A stretch of DNA of 64,000 nt, taken from the NCBI GenBank assembly GCA_963668025.2, contig CAXXTH010000010.1:1280001-1344000 (forward strand), in the 5' to 3' direction. The DNA comes from Candidatus Hydrogenedentota bacterium. Lineage in GTDB: Bacteria > Hydrogenedentota > Hydrogenedentia > Hydrogenedentales > SLHB01. Below are positions 9,434 to 20,329 of this stretch, piece by piece. Position 1 is the first letter of the stretch; the number at the start of each line of letters is the position of its first letter. Below the pieces are notes generated by a model that searched no databases, was not told the origin of the DNA, and saw only the letters and a list, made by a program, of their open reading frames with translations. A program made the translations under genes and the position numbers.

Positions 9434-10657
9434 ATGACTCGGATATCTCTCTTCCTTATCGGGTTGTCGCTATTTCTATCATTGGGATGGGCAAGCCAAG
9501 GTGAGCCAAGCGCAGTCGAACCGGGAAAATCTCAAATCCAAGTGAAAGAGACCATTGTATTCGATGGAAACAAAGGATGGGAACACAACGGTGTAACGTA
9601 TCGCCTAGCGTGCGGGGCATGTATTGCCGAAATGCCGAATGGCGATCTCCTCTGCTGGTGGCTTTCCGGCGGTGATACGGAACCATCAACGGATAACAAC
9701 GTCCTCGCATCCCGTTCGCGGGACAAAGGGAAGACCTGGAGCGAACCATATATCCTGGTGGAAGCGGGAGAGCATGCGGGCGCCCTGGGGCCCATCTACG
9801 TGAGCCCGAGCGGCAAAGTCATCGCCTTCGGAGCGGAGTGGCCTCCCGAGCTCGAGTATACAGTCTGGTATTATTTTCGTATGGAATCTTCGGACAATGG
9901 GCTGACATGGACCAAACGGGAGCCTGTCCATATCCGGGAAGCTGACAATATCAACATTGGCCGCCCTATCAAGCTCCAAAATGGTGAATACCTGCTGGCC
10001 ACATCCTTCTTTGAAAAACGCCCGGTTCCACTTCCTGGCTCTTTTATGGCTTTGGCGCATGCCAAAACCGAAACGGAAGCCCTTGCGCTGCCTCCCGATC
10101 CGGATATGGCGGCCAAACCGAATAAATTCGCAACTCATTTACATGGATGCTCCGTGTTGACCACATCCGACCCGGAACTGCGGAATTTAGTGGAACACCA
10201 AGGCATCCGAAACCGTCCCTTGGGCCTCCTCGAAAGCACCGCCATTCAACTGAAGGATGGCCGCATCGTCATGCTCATGCGCGCGGAGTTTGGCGGTTTC
10301 TTGTGGCGTGCGGAAAGCTCGGATAACGGGCGGACCTGGACGGATGCCTGGCAGACCGATATTCCCAATCCGACATGCCTGGCCTCGCTCATCCGCCTTC
10401 CGGACGGCCGCATCGCGCTCATACACAATGCCGTCGGCGGAGTCGTGGGAGTGGGGGGCAAGCGCGATCCCATGTCTGTATGGCTCAGCAAGGATGAGAT
10501 GCAGAGCTGGTATGTTAAGGAGGATGTGATTACGGGAGGCCAATTGGCGTATCCCTGCCCGCTCATCGTTGATGGCAAGCTCGTGTTTTCTTACGACCAT
10601 AATCGACGCGAGGCCCGTTTCGTTGAAGTGGAGCTTCCTCCATTCGCTGCGGAATAG
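9434..10657 (+). CDS. BNR/Asp-box sialidase-family beta-propeller protein, secreted
   Basis: Asp boxes SRDKGKTW, SSDNGLTW, SSDNGRTW and SKDEMQSW; LAYP motif; signal peptide from ATG 9434 with RBS GAGGAG. Confidence 0.8.
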   Translation: MTRISLFLIGLSLFLSLGWASQGEPSAVEPGKSQIQVKETIVFDGNKGWEHNGVTYRLACGACIAEMPNGDLLCWWLSGGDTEPSTDNNVLASRSRDKGKTWSEPYILVEAGEHAGALGPIYVSPSGKVIAFGAEWPPELEYTVWYYFRMESSDNGLTWTKREPVHIREADNINIGRPIKLQNGEYLLATSFFEKRPVPLPGSFMALAHAKTETEALALPPDPDMAAKPNKFATHLHGCSVLTTSDPELRNLVEHQGIRNRPLGLLESTAIQLKDGRIVMLMRAEFGGFLWRAESSDNGRTWTDAWQTDIPNPTCLASLIRLPDGRIALIHNAVGGVVGVGGKRDPMSVWLSKDEMQSWYVKEDVITGGQLAYPCPLIVDGKLVFSYDHNRREARFVEVELPPFAAE

Positions 10658-10740
10658 GGAGCTGATGAACCTCGAAAAAGAGTTCATGTGGCAGCGATAG
10701 GATGGTTTTTCCATCGGATTCAATAGAAAAAGAGGAGCCA

Positions 10741-10770
10741 TTGACAACGAGATCGATCACGTGATATTGT
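10741..10770 (+). promoter_or_regulatory. Sigma70-type promoter overlapped by an operator
   Basis: TTGACA (10741-46), 18-nt spacer with extended TG, TATTGT (10765-70). The spacer contains CGAGATCGATCACG. Confidence 0.55.
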
Positions 10771-10964
10771 AGTGCTCACGAGTTTTCATTCTTTTAGCTA
10801 TTTTATCGGCAAAGAAATGTGGGTGTCGGAAAGCGAATGGAAACGATATACCTCATGGATTCACGTTCTTTCTTCTAGGGCAGGGGGCAATTGGCCGCCC
10901 CGATGATATTTTGTGCGGTGTGAACACCAAAGATGGGAAGGAGGAGTCTTTTTTGCGCAATTAA

Positions 10965-10978
10965 CGTGATCGATCACG
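10965..10978. promoter_or_regulatory. Perfect 14-bp palindromic operator CGTGATCGATCACG (second copy at 10748-10761)
   Basis: Two copies 217 bp apart, one mismatch between them, both preceded by AA, with a central CG as in LacI-type operators. Confidence 0.55.
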
Positions 10979-11114
10979 CTGCCGTGTGGGATGCATTATT
11001 ACAAATATGGGTGTTTATTAAGTGGTTGTCATTGCCTATTTTACGCCGAATAAAAGTGCTATGCGTAATTTGTTTTGGGGGTGTGTTTGCGGATAGCCAC
11101 CAGAAAGGAAAGAA

Positions 11115-12197
11115 ATGATGATGACATGCAAGAAAGGATTTACGCTCATTGAGTTGTTGGTAGTGATTGCGATCATTGCCATACTCGCAGCCATCTTGCT
11201 GCCCGCTTTGGCGCGTGCGCGTGAAGCCGCACGCCGCGCATCGTGCGCCAGCAATCTGAAGCAATTCGGCATTATTTTCAAAATGTACGCGAATGAGAAC
11301 AAAGGCCAGTTTCCTAATAAAACTCGATGGCTGTTTCAAGGTTTGGGTTCGGAGGCCGGATTTGAGGGTTTGGCTCTGTATCCCGATTATTGGAATGACA
11401 TTAGCATCGCCATTTGTCCATCGGATTCCCGCTCGGACTTCAATTGGAATGGAGTCAGTATAGCGATAGAGGAAGACTTCCTCGGCCAGATTGAAGCAGT
11501 GAACGCGCTCGCCGCACCGACCGTATCCGGGGTGCATGTTGCGGCAAAAACGACCAAAGAGCCGTGCCTAGAGGCGTTGCTTGGCATGCCAGTTTCGTAT
11601 TGCTACCTGCGATATGCGTTGAAAACTTCTTCTCAAGTCATTCATTTGACCAATATTTTGCTGGAGTGGAGCTGGTTTAATCATCAGGAGAAGTACGAGC
11701 TGTATAGCGCCGCTGCTATCAAGAGCATGGGGTGCCCCAGCACATGGAAAGACTTAGTACATTGGACGGGAATGGGTGAAGGCGATATCGATGCAGCTAC
11801 CGTGACATTAAATAATGTGGACTCCCATTATGTGGATGATGACGGCAGCAAGCTTCCCGCTAGTTACTATGCGTTGAAAGAAGGCGTCGAGCGTTTCTTT
11901 ATTACGGATATAAATAATCCTGCATCTGGCGCGGTAGGCCAGAGCACGATGTTCGTGATGTACGACGCTTATACGGGTGAAGGCCAGTTTTTCGCAGGTT
12001 CGGCGGATCATGCCGCCGCCCGCTTTAACCATACCCCTGGTGGTTCAAACGTGCTGTTCATGGATGGCCATGTCGAGTTCAGGAGGCTCAACCAAGGCGC
12101 TCCGATGGTGATCGAGGCTGAAAGTGCAAATGCGGTTTGTAATGGCGGCGCGACACACCAATACCCCATGCACGCATTGATCGGCGGCTGGGGTTGA
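11115..12197 (+). CDS. Prepilin-type N-terminal cleavage/methylation protein with DUF1559 and an H-X9-DG motif
   Basis: [45 protein letters not shown]; C-terminal [19 protein letters not shown]. Confidence 0.9.
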   Translation: MMMTCKKGFTLIELLVVIAIIAILAAILLPALARAREAARRASCASNLKQFGIIFKMYANENKGQFPNKTRWLFQGLGSEAGFEGLALYPDYWNDISIAICPSDSRSDFNWNGVSIAIEEDFLGQIEAVNALAAPTVSGVHVAAKTTKEPCLEALLGMPVSYCYLRYALKTSSQVIHLTNILLEWSWFNHQEKYELYSAAAIKSMGCPSTWKDLVHWTGMGEGDIDAATVTLNNVDSHYVDDDGSKLPASYYALKEGVERFFITDINNPASGAVGQSTMFVMYDAYTGEGQFFAGSADHAAARFNHTPGGSNVLFMDGHVEFRRLNQGAPMVIEAESANAVCNGGATHQYPMHALIGGWG

Positions 12198-12227
12198 TTG
12201 GTTCATAGATACATATGAGAATCGAGT

Positions 12228-12257
12228 AGGGGAGAAGCCTGATGGTTTCTCCCTTTT
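12228..12257 (+). terminator. Intrinsic terminator
   Basis: AGGGGAGAAGCC-TGAT-GGTTTCTCCCTTTT, 30 nt after the stop. Confidence 0.7.
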
Positions 12258-12424
12258 CACATCGTCAGCCTATATGGATTATTTTGTGTTTGTGGGGTGT
12301 TGAGCCCATGGATTCCGGGCCTTCCGCCGCCATTTTTTCCTGAATGCCGCGAACGCTCACGACTGGAATTTCGCGGCTTTATCCACGTGAGGATGCCCGC
12401 CGTGGTTATGGAGCTATTCTTGTG

Positions 12425-12456
12425 GAGTTCCCACGGTTGCGAGTTCCCACGGTTGC
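12425..12456. repeat. Perfect 16-bp tandem duplication GAGTTCCCACGGTTGC x2
   Basis: Read directly in the intergenic DNA upstream of the surA-like gene. Confidence 0.75.
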
Positions 12457-12565
12457 GTGGAAAAACCGTATATGATATGCTCTTTTTCGCGTATCTTCTT
12501 GCTATGTAAGTGCGAAGATTGTTGAGCAACGCCGAGAGGGAATACGGCCAGCCAGGCCATAAATA

Positions 12566-13534
12566 ATGGAGAGCAAACCGATGCATGGAGTCTTGCGCGG
12601 CAGTGTAGCGGTCGCGATCCTCGCCGCCGCTGGCATGTGGGGAATGCCAGCCAGTAGCGAAATCGTGGATCGGGTGATGGCGACCGTGGATGCGGAAGTC
12701 ATTTTGATGAGCGATGTGATGATGGAGCTTGCGCCGTATCAGGCGCAATCGGGCGAAGCCATGGACTCGAAGATCGGTGAGACGCTCGAACAAGCCATTG
12801 ACACTAAAATCCTCGTCCGTGAAGCATCGCTGAAGGGCATGGAAGTCAAAGATGACCTCGTCGAAAAACGCGTTGATGAGCTTAAAGCCTTATATCCTAC
12901 CAATGATGCATTTCTGAAAGAGGTGGAAAAGTCTGGCGAGACGCTGAGCGATTTAAGAACCCGGCTGCGCAAACAATTAATGGCGTTGAAAATGGCCACG
13001 GACAAACACGACCAACTGGCTAAATCCGTGACAGTGACGGAATCGGAAGTGGCCCAATATTATGAAGATCATAAGGGGGAATTCCAGCATTCGGAGCGCG
13101 TACGCGTGCGCCAGATATTCCTTGAAGCAGCCGAAGGCTCGGCGGGGCGGGACGCCGCAAAAGCCAGGCTGGTGGAATTAAAACAGGAATTGGACAATGG
13201 AGCCGATTTCGCCGGGCTTGCCAAGGCATATTCGCAAGCGCCCGGCGCGGCTGACGGGGGAATCGTCGGCTGGATCGTTCGAGGTGATTTGGTGAAACCA
13301 CTCGAAGATGTTGCATTTACGCTTCCAGAGGGCAGCTTGAGCGACGTGCTCGAATCGCCATTAGGCTATCATATTTTGAAAGTGGACAAGCGTGAGGACG
13401 CGGGCCAGGCCAGCCTGGAAGAGGTGCGGGCGGAAATCGAACCCGCTATTCGCGACCAAAAGGCGGGTGAATTATATGACAAATGGATGTCTGACCTGCG
13501 CAAACGCAGCCAAGTGCGGGTGTTTTACCGCTAA
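12566..13534 (+). CDS. surA: SurA-like peptidyl-prolyl isomerase (SurA N-terminal domain plus PpiC/parvulin)
   Basis: IVDRVMATVDAEVILMSD; VRVRQIFL; FAGLAKAYS..GGIVGW; ESPLGYHILKV. Confidence 0.75.
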   Translation: MESKPMHGVLRGSVAVAILAAAGMWGMPASSEIVDRVMATVDAEVILMSDVMMELAPYQAQSGEAMDSKIGETLEQAIDTKILVREASLKGMEVKDDLVEKRVDELKALYPTNDAFLKEVEKSGETLSDLRTRLRKQLMALKMATDKHDQLAKSVTVTESEVAQYYEDHKGEFQHSERVRVRQIFLEAAEGSAGRDAAKARLVELKQELDNGADFAGLAKAYSQAPGAADGGIVGWIVRGDLVKPLEDVAFTLPEGSLSDVLESPLGYHILKVDKREDAGQASLEEVRAEIEPAIRDQKAGELYDKWMSDLRKRSQVRVFYR

Positions 13535-13537
13535 GCC

Positions 13538-14329
13538 ATGTTAGTCCGTGCGCTGAAAATGGCTTTCTGGGTGTCTTTTGATCACCTAGGCAAAATGTTT
13601 ATTGTAAGTGCTTTATGGTCGGCAATGGTGCTGGGGGCGCTAGCGGTGTCGGCTGCATTGATGCTTGTGGGAAGCAGCCCCATATGGTTCGTTGCGGGGT
13701 TGCTGGCGATGATGCTGTCGCTCGGCGGCGTAATGCCCATAGCCACCACGGGAATCGCCCATTTCACGAAGGAATTGCTTGATCGGCGGGATGGTTCGGT
13801 CTGGACATTTGTGGAAGGCGTGCGTTTTTATTGGAAACGTGCGGCGATAATGGGCATGGTGTATGCCTCCGCTGTAGTATGCCTTGGCACGAGCATAGGG
13901 TTTTACGCCGCGTTTTTGCACAATAGTATTCCCTGGCTGGGATATGGCCTTAGCGCTCTGGCGTTTTGGGCGTTGCTTTTTGTATTTATCTCCTCGTTGT
14001 ATGCCGCGCCTGCGCTCGTGCAGCGGAAATTAGGCGCATGGCCGACGTTGAAGCTATGCTCGGCGTTGGTGGTGGATAATCCGCTCGTATCGGGAGGGCT
14101 TGCTGTCCAGATACTGGCGTGGAGCGTAATTGCCTTGCTTGTGCCGCCGTTGTTTGTGTTTTTATATGGCGGCGTGGCGTCGGCGCTCATGTGCTGTATC
14201 TATGAGATGCTGGCGCGGCGGTATGCGGCCAAGCAATCGGGGCATCCAGAAGACACTAAGAAGGCGGATGAAGAAGACGATTATTTGAATCGAGGATTTC
14301 GAGATTTATTGTTCCCTTGGAAGAGTTGA
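13538..14329 (+). CDS. Integral membrane protein (DUF624-like)
   Basis: About 6 hydrophobic segments; 3 nt downstream of the surA-like gene; the family call is tentative. Confidence 0.55.
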   Translation: MLVRALKMAFWVSFDHLGKMFIVSALWSAMVLGALAVSAALMLVGSSPIWFVAGLLAMMLSLGGVMPIATTGIAHFTKELLDRRDGSVWTFVEGVRFYWKRAAIMGMVYASAVVCLGTSIGFYAAFLHNSIPWLGYGLSALAFWALLFVFISSLYAAPALVQRKLGAWPTLKLCSALVVDNPLVSGGLAVQILAWSVIALLVPPLFVFLYGGVASALMCCIYEMLARRYAAKQSGHPEDTKKADEEDDYLNRGFRDLLFPWKS

Positions 14330-14397
14330 CAGCGGATATGGGAACCGAACCGGCGGGTGTTCCGGCGGGGCGGGCGCATTCGGAATGGCGCCGTTGA

Positions 14398-15756
<1,359 letters not shown>

Positions 15757-15847
15757 AATAGAAGCGGTAGAATATCCGGGGCAGGGGGCCGCCTGGGCGG
15801 CGCCCCTGCCGGATGCCATCTGGACAGTGAATTGCTGGAAGATTCAT

Positions 15848-16165
15848 ATGCGGTATGGAATGGCTTTGCTTCTCATTGTCGCTTTATCGGCGGGTTACGC
15901 CTATAAGCGTGATTTGGTGAGCCAGTATCGGAAGTACCAGGCAAGCCAAGAAGAAGTGAACGCCCTCGAAGCCGAACAGAACCGGCTGGTTGAAGAGTGT
16001 TCGGAACTTGATAAGCGCGTCGAGAATTTAGGCAGCGATCCCGTGGAGATTGAAGCTGCTATTCGCCGGAGCAAGAGCCTTGTGCGGCAAGATGAGCGTG
16101 TCTTCCGCATCGAATTGCCCGAGGAGGTGGATGGAAAGGCGTCCGCCCCGGCCCCGTTGCCATAA
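15848..16165 (+). CDS. ftsB: Septum formation initiator FtsB/DivIC
   Basis: N-terminal TM, coiled coil and DPVEIEAAIRRSKSLVRQDERVF; canonical position after eno. Confidence 0.75.
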   Translation: MRYGMALLLIVALSAGYAYKRDLVSQYRKYQASQEEVNALEAEQNRLVEECSELDKRVENLGSDPVEIEAAIRRSKSLVRQDERVFRIELPEEVDGKASAPAPLP

Positions 16166-16173
16166 CATGGAGT

Positions 16174-17211
16174 TTGCCAGGTTCCCTGACACACGAGATT
16201 CAACTGAATAGCCAAGAGGAAGCGGTGAAGCTCCTCGGAAGGAACGGCGAGATACGCCGCCGCATACAGGAGGAGACTCCTGTGCGCATTGTCGATCGCG
16301 GCGCCAAAGTGGTGATCATTGGCGCTGAAGCAGATACGGCGATGGTGGGGCGCATGCTGGATGGGCTTCTTGATGCGGTGCGGCGAGGGCATACGCCTAC
16401 GCTGGCCGATGTGGCATATGCATGGAATGAGACCCGCCGGACTTGGCCTTTGCCAGACGATGAAGCAGGCGAGCAGGGTTTGGGCGCTGTCCTGAGCGGG
16501 CAATTCTCGGGGCTGCGGCGGGATATTCGGATCAAGCCGCGCACGCGCGGCCAGATGCGGTATCTTGAAGCCATTGAAGCGTGCCAAGTCACGCTGGCCA
16601 TCGGCCCCGCTGGAACAGGAAAAACCTATCTCGCCATGGCGGCGGCCGTGTCGGCGTTGCTCAATAAAGAAGTGAACCGGCTCATTTTGACACGCCCTGC
16701 CGTTGAAGCGGGAGAAAGCCTTGGCTTCCTGCCTGGCGATCTTCAACAAAAGGTGAATCCCTATCTGCGCCCCTTGTATGACGCCCTATATTCCATGGTG
16801 GATGTGGAGCGCGTGCAGCGCATGATCGATCGGGAGATGATCGAGGTGGCCCCGCTTGCTTTCATGCGTGGGCGCACACTGAGCAATGCATTCGCCATTC
16901 TTGATGAAGCGCAGAACACCACGAGCGAACAGATGAAAATGTTCCTGACCCGGTTGGGAGAAGGCTCGCGCGCCGTGGTGACTGGCGATATCACTCAAAT
17001 TGATCTCCCCAAAACGACGAAGTCCGGCCTCGTGGAAGCGCAGCGCATTCTGCGAAACGCCAAGGGCATCGCCATCGTGCATCTATCCCGTGGAGATGTG
17101 GTCCGCCATCCGCTTGTGCAGAGCATCATTGATGCCTATGAGGAGGCCAACAGCCCACATTTGGATGAGGCAGGCTCCACGCCTGTGGCGGAGACAGGCG
17201 GCGCGCGATGA
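16174..17211 (+). CDS. phoH: PhoH-family ATPase (YbeZ)
   Basis: GPAGTGKTYLA, RPAVEAGESLGFLPGD, PLAFMRGRTL, DEAQN and GDITQIDL. Confidence 0.95.
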   Translation: MPGSLTHEIQLNSQEEAVKLLGRNGEIRRRIQEETPVRIVDRGAKVVIIGAEADTAMVGRMLDGLLDAVRRGHTPTLADVAYAWNETRRTWPLPDDEAGEQGLGAVLSGQFSGLRRDIRIKPRTRGQMRYLEAIEACQVTLAIGPAGTGKTYLAMAAAVSALLNKEVNRLILTRPAVEAGESLGFLPGDLQQKVNPYLRPLYDALYSMVDVERVQRMIDREMIEVAPLAFMRGRTLSNAFAILDEAQNTTSEQMKMFLTRLGEGSRAVVTGDITQIDLPKTTKSGLVEAQRILRNAKGIAIVHLSRGDVVRHPLVQSIIDAYEEANSPHLDEAGSTPVAETGGAR

Positions 17212-19796
17212 GACTCGTCCGCCTGGGCCGCAAGAAGAAAAGCGGCGGAGGGCCTATTCACCGGCCGCCAAGCAATGAACGCGTTTTGAAGCCGGCCCTG
17301 AAAAGGCGTTTAACGCTGCTGGCGGCGTTTATTATTCTCGTGATTTCCACCACAAAGAGCATCCAGCCTGCGGGTTCCGATTATATTATGGATGCCAAGG
17401 GCGTCGCGATGGAAACGATCTACGCGGATCAGCCTTTTAAAGCAGTGGATATTGCGGCGACACGCCAAGCGCAAGATGCCGCCGCTGAGGCGGTGCCTGA
17501 TCATTTCCGCGTTGATGAAGAATCGGTCATGGAGCATCTAGCGGATTTTGATGAACGTGTTGCCGCTCTTGCCGCCAAGCGCCCGTCCATAGAAAAAGCG
17601 GTGCGCCAGGCCCTGCTGGAATCGACATCCGATGAGTCCACTCAATCGGTCGTGTTAGCCGCCGTACGGGAAGTTGCCGCCGCCATGGTGGAGCATCCGC
17701 CTTTCGATGAGATTGCAAATGCGGATTATTTAGCGCCTTGGCTGGCTCCCAGCGCGGAATCGATCCCTGAACGCATTTTTGAAGGAGAAGAACATCCTGA
17801 ACCAGAGAAGAATGCCAGGACCTCCGATTTGAGCCATGCGAATGCTTCCCCTCTTCCAAAACACGCCCAGACCATCGCCTTGCATCCGTCTGAAGAGCAA
17901 GCCATGGCGTTCACTCAAGCGGATTGGCTGACGGATATCTGCCGGACGAGCCTTGAATATGTGCTTTATTTCGGCGTAATTGATCCAGAAACGCTAAAAG
18001 CAACTGGACGCGCCATAGATGCTCAGACTCCCGTACAACGGGAGATTGTGGTGTTGCGTGAAAAACAAGTGGCTGATATGGAAAAGAGCACGCGCTTTGT
18101 GCGTGCGGACGCCCCTGTTCTGAGCAAGGCCGCACGCCTCCTCCGGGATCACATCCGCGCCGCAGGCCAGGGAACTCCCCTGAGCGGCAGCCTGGACGCC
18201 ACGGAGAATTGGTCTGATTTGCATAATGCAGCGTTTGTTGTAGCTTCACTGAGCCTCGGGGAGACGCTTAAATACGACCCAGATACGGAAGCGTTGCGGC
18301 AGAAGGCGCGGGACGAGGTCGTGCCTATCATGATTCAATACAAGGCGGGCGAACAAATTCAACAAAAAGGCTTGGATTGGACCGAACAATCTAGCGTGGC
18401 GTATAACGCGCTCATTGAGGCCAAAAAGGCAGGGCATCAGCAGCACAGCAGCTTTTATGCCATGCTGGCGGCGAACAGTATTCTGGTGGCGCTGGTCTTA
18501 TGGGGCGTGGCGTGGGCGTTGCCGCTGCTTGTGCCGGATCGGGGCGACACCCTTTCACGCGACCTGAGCTTGTCCCTTCTCGTGATGTGCGGCACCTTGC
18601 TCATTGCGCGGGTGATTGTGATATTGCAATTGCCTGGATATATTGTGCCCGTGGCGGCGGGCGCTATTTTATTGGCGATATTAATAAATACCCGTGTCGC
18701 GGCGACCACCAGTTTGTACACCGCGGTGCTGCTCTCTGTTTTATGCGATTATGATTGGCGTATACTCATCGTGAGCGGGTCCATGTCGCTTGCGGGTGTC
18801 TTTAGCATTTATAAAGTGCGCAAGCGCAGCGATATGTCTATGGCGGCGGTCAAATCCACCGTTATTGGCCTGGCGGCTTTTGTAGCCGCCACCCTGGCGA
18901 CGGACTCGCGCTTCGATGATCTCTGGACGCGGCTCGGGCCGAGCGCGTTGAATGTCGTGTTGAGCGGCTTGGCTTGTTTATTTCTCGTTCCTGGCCTGTT
19001 GCCGCCCCTCGAGAGGCTATTTGGCATTACGACCGATATCCAACTGCTGGAATACTCGGACTTGAACAACGAGGTGCTCAGCCGGATGGCCATCGAAGTG
19101 CCCGCCACATACGCCCATAGCCTTATGCTGGGCCAGCTCGCGGAGGCGGCGTGCATGGCCATTGGCGCTAACGGCCTCTTGGCGCGCGTATGCGCGTATT
19201 ACCATGACATTGGCAAGCTCCGGCGTCCTGAATACTTTTCGGAAAACCAGATCGGCGCGAATGTCCATGACTCATTGTCGCCGCGGATGAGTGCGCGCGC
19301 CATCTCCGCCCATGTGACGGAAGGCGCGGAGATGGCCAGGGAGTTTCACCTGCCTAAGCCGTTGATTGACGCCATATACGAGCATCATGGCACGTGCCGA
19401 ATCAGCTTTTTTTATGAACAAGCGCTCGCACAGCAAAAACATGGGGGATTGCTGGAGGAGGATTTCCGGTATCCTGGGCCTAAACCGCAAAGCAGGGAGA
19501 CCGCCATCCTCATGATCTGCGATGCGGCCGAATCGGCGGTGCGTTCCTTGAAAAATCCGAATGAAGAACGCGTACGCGAGCTTGTGGATAAGATTATCAG
19601 CAACCGCGCTGAAGATCGCCAATTTGATGAGTGCGCGCTTACGTTAAAGGATTTGGACACTATTGAAGAAGTTGTGACAAAGCGGGTGCAGACAGGGCTT
19701 CACCGGCGTATTGCTTATCCAAACCAGAAAACAGAGCCCGATGAACAACGAACGGAACTCGAATCCGTAAAAAGGGGCATGAAGGATGAGTATTAG
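17208..19796 (+). CDS. 7TM-HD (HDIG) phosphohydrolase, PgpH-like putative cyclic-dinucleotide phosphodiesterase
   Basis: Large extracytoplasmic domain, about 7 TM segments, YYHDIGK, EHHG, FRYPGPKPQ; conserved phoH-HD-ybeY context. Confidence 0.88.
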   Translation: MRLVRLGRKKKSGGGPIHRPPSNERVLKPALKRRLTLLAAFIILVISTTKSIQPAGSDYIMDAKGVAMETIYADQPFKAVDIAATRQAQDAAAEAVPDHFRVDEESVMEHLADFDERVAALAAKRPSIEKAVRQALLESTSDESTQSVVLAAVREVAAAMVEHPPFDEIANADYLAPWLAPSAESIPERIFEGEEHPEPEKNARTSDLSHANASPLPKHAQTIALHPSEEQAMAFTQADWLTDICRTSLEYVLYFGVIDPETLKATGRAIDAQTPVQREIVVLREKQVADMEKSTRFVRADAPVLSKAARLLRDHIRAAGQGTPLSGSLDATENWSDLHNAAFVVASLSLGETLKYDPDTEALRQKARDEVVPIMIQYKAGEQIQQKGLDWTEQSSVAYNALIEAKKAGHQQHSSFYAMLAANSILVALVLWGVAWALPLLVPDRGDTLSRDLSLSLLVMCGTLLIARVIVILQLPGYIVPVAAGAILLAILINTRVAATTSLYTAVLLSVLCDYDWRILIVSGSMSLAGVFSIYKVRKRSDMSMAAVKSTVIGLAAFVAATLATDSRFDDLWTRLGPSALNVVLSGLACLFLVPGLLPPLERLFGITTDIQLLEYSDLNNEVLSRMAIEVPATYAHSLMLGQLAEAACMAIGANGLLARVCAYYHDIGKLRRPEYFSENQIGANVHDSLSPRMSARAISAHVTEGAEMAREFHLPKPLIDAIYEHHGTCRISFFYEQALAQQKHGGLLEEDFRYPGPKPQSRETAILMICDAAESAVRSLKNPNEERVRELVDKIISNRAEDRQFDECALTLKDLDTIEEVVTKRVQTGLHRRIAYPNQKTEPDEQRTELESVKRGMKDEY

Positions 19797-20307
19797 CATC
19801 GAAATCAGCCAGCAAATTCAAAGCCGTTTCCGGCAGCGGCTCTTCCGCCGGGATGATTTTCAGCGAATAGCCGGGGCTTTATGCAGCCAAGAAGGCCTTG
19901 AAGGCCAAATCGAAATCAGTGTGTTATTGTGTGGCGACAATACGATTCGAGAATTAAACAACCACTACCGCAACGTGAATGAGCCAACGGATGTGTTGTC
20001 GTTCCGCCAGGATAATCCGGCAGGCAATGGCTTCATCGCGCTGGGAGATATCGCCATATCGCTGGATACTGTGGAGCGGCATTGCATGGAACAGCAGGCC
20101 CTTGAGGGCAATGAGCTGTATCGCGCGATGCGCAAGGAAGTGCGCTTGTTATTCTGCCATGGAGTGCTTCATCTGCTAGGATATGACCACGTCACGGAAG
20201 CCGGACGCAAAGCGATGCAAGAGCGGCAGGCGGGCGTATTAGGGATTCTAGATAAAGATGCGTGGATTGAGCCGGCCGCCAAAGCGCCACGGTCAAAACG
20301 ATCCTGA
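19786..20307 (+). CDS. ybeY: rRNA maturation endoribonuclease YbeY
   Basis: PTDVLSF, LGDIAIS and HGVLHLLGYDH. Confidence 0.93.
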   Translation: MSISIEISQQIQSRFRQRLFRRDDFQRIAGALCSQEGLEGQIEISVLLCGDNTIRELNNHYRNVNEPTDVLSFRQDNPAGNGFIALGDIAISLDTVERHCMEQQALEGNELYRAMRKEVRLLFCHGVLHLLGYDHVTEAGRKAMQERQAGVLGILDKDAWIEPAAKAPRSKRS

Positions 20308-20329
20308 TATCAGGGAGGGGACATCTGCG

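Noticed and set aside
15774-15814. GC-rich hairpin between eno and ftsB as a terminator or riboswitch
   Set aside because: No U tract and no recognisable aptamer; at most an mRNA-stabilising stem.
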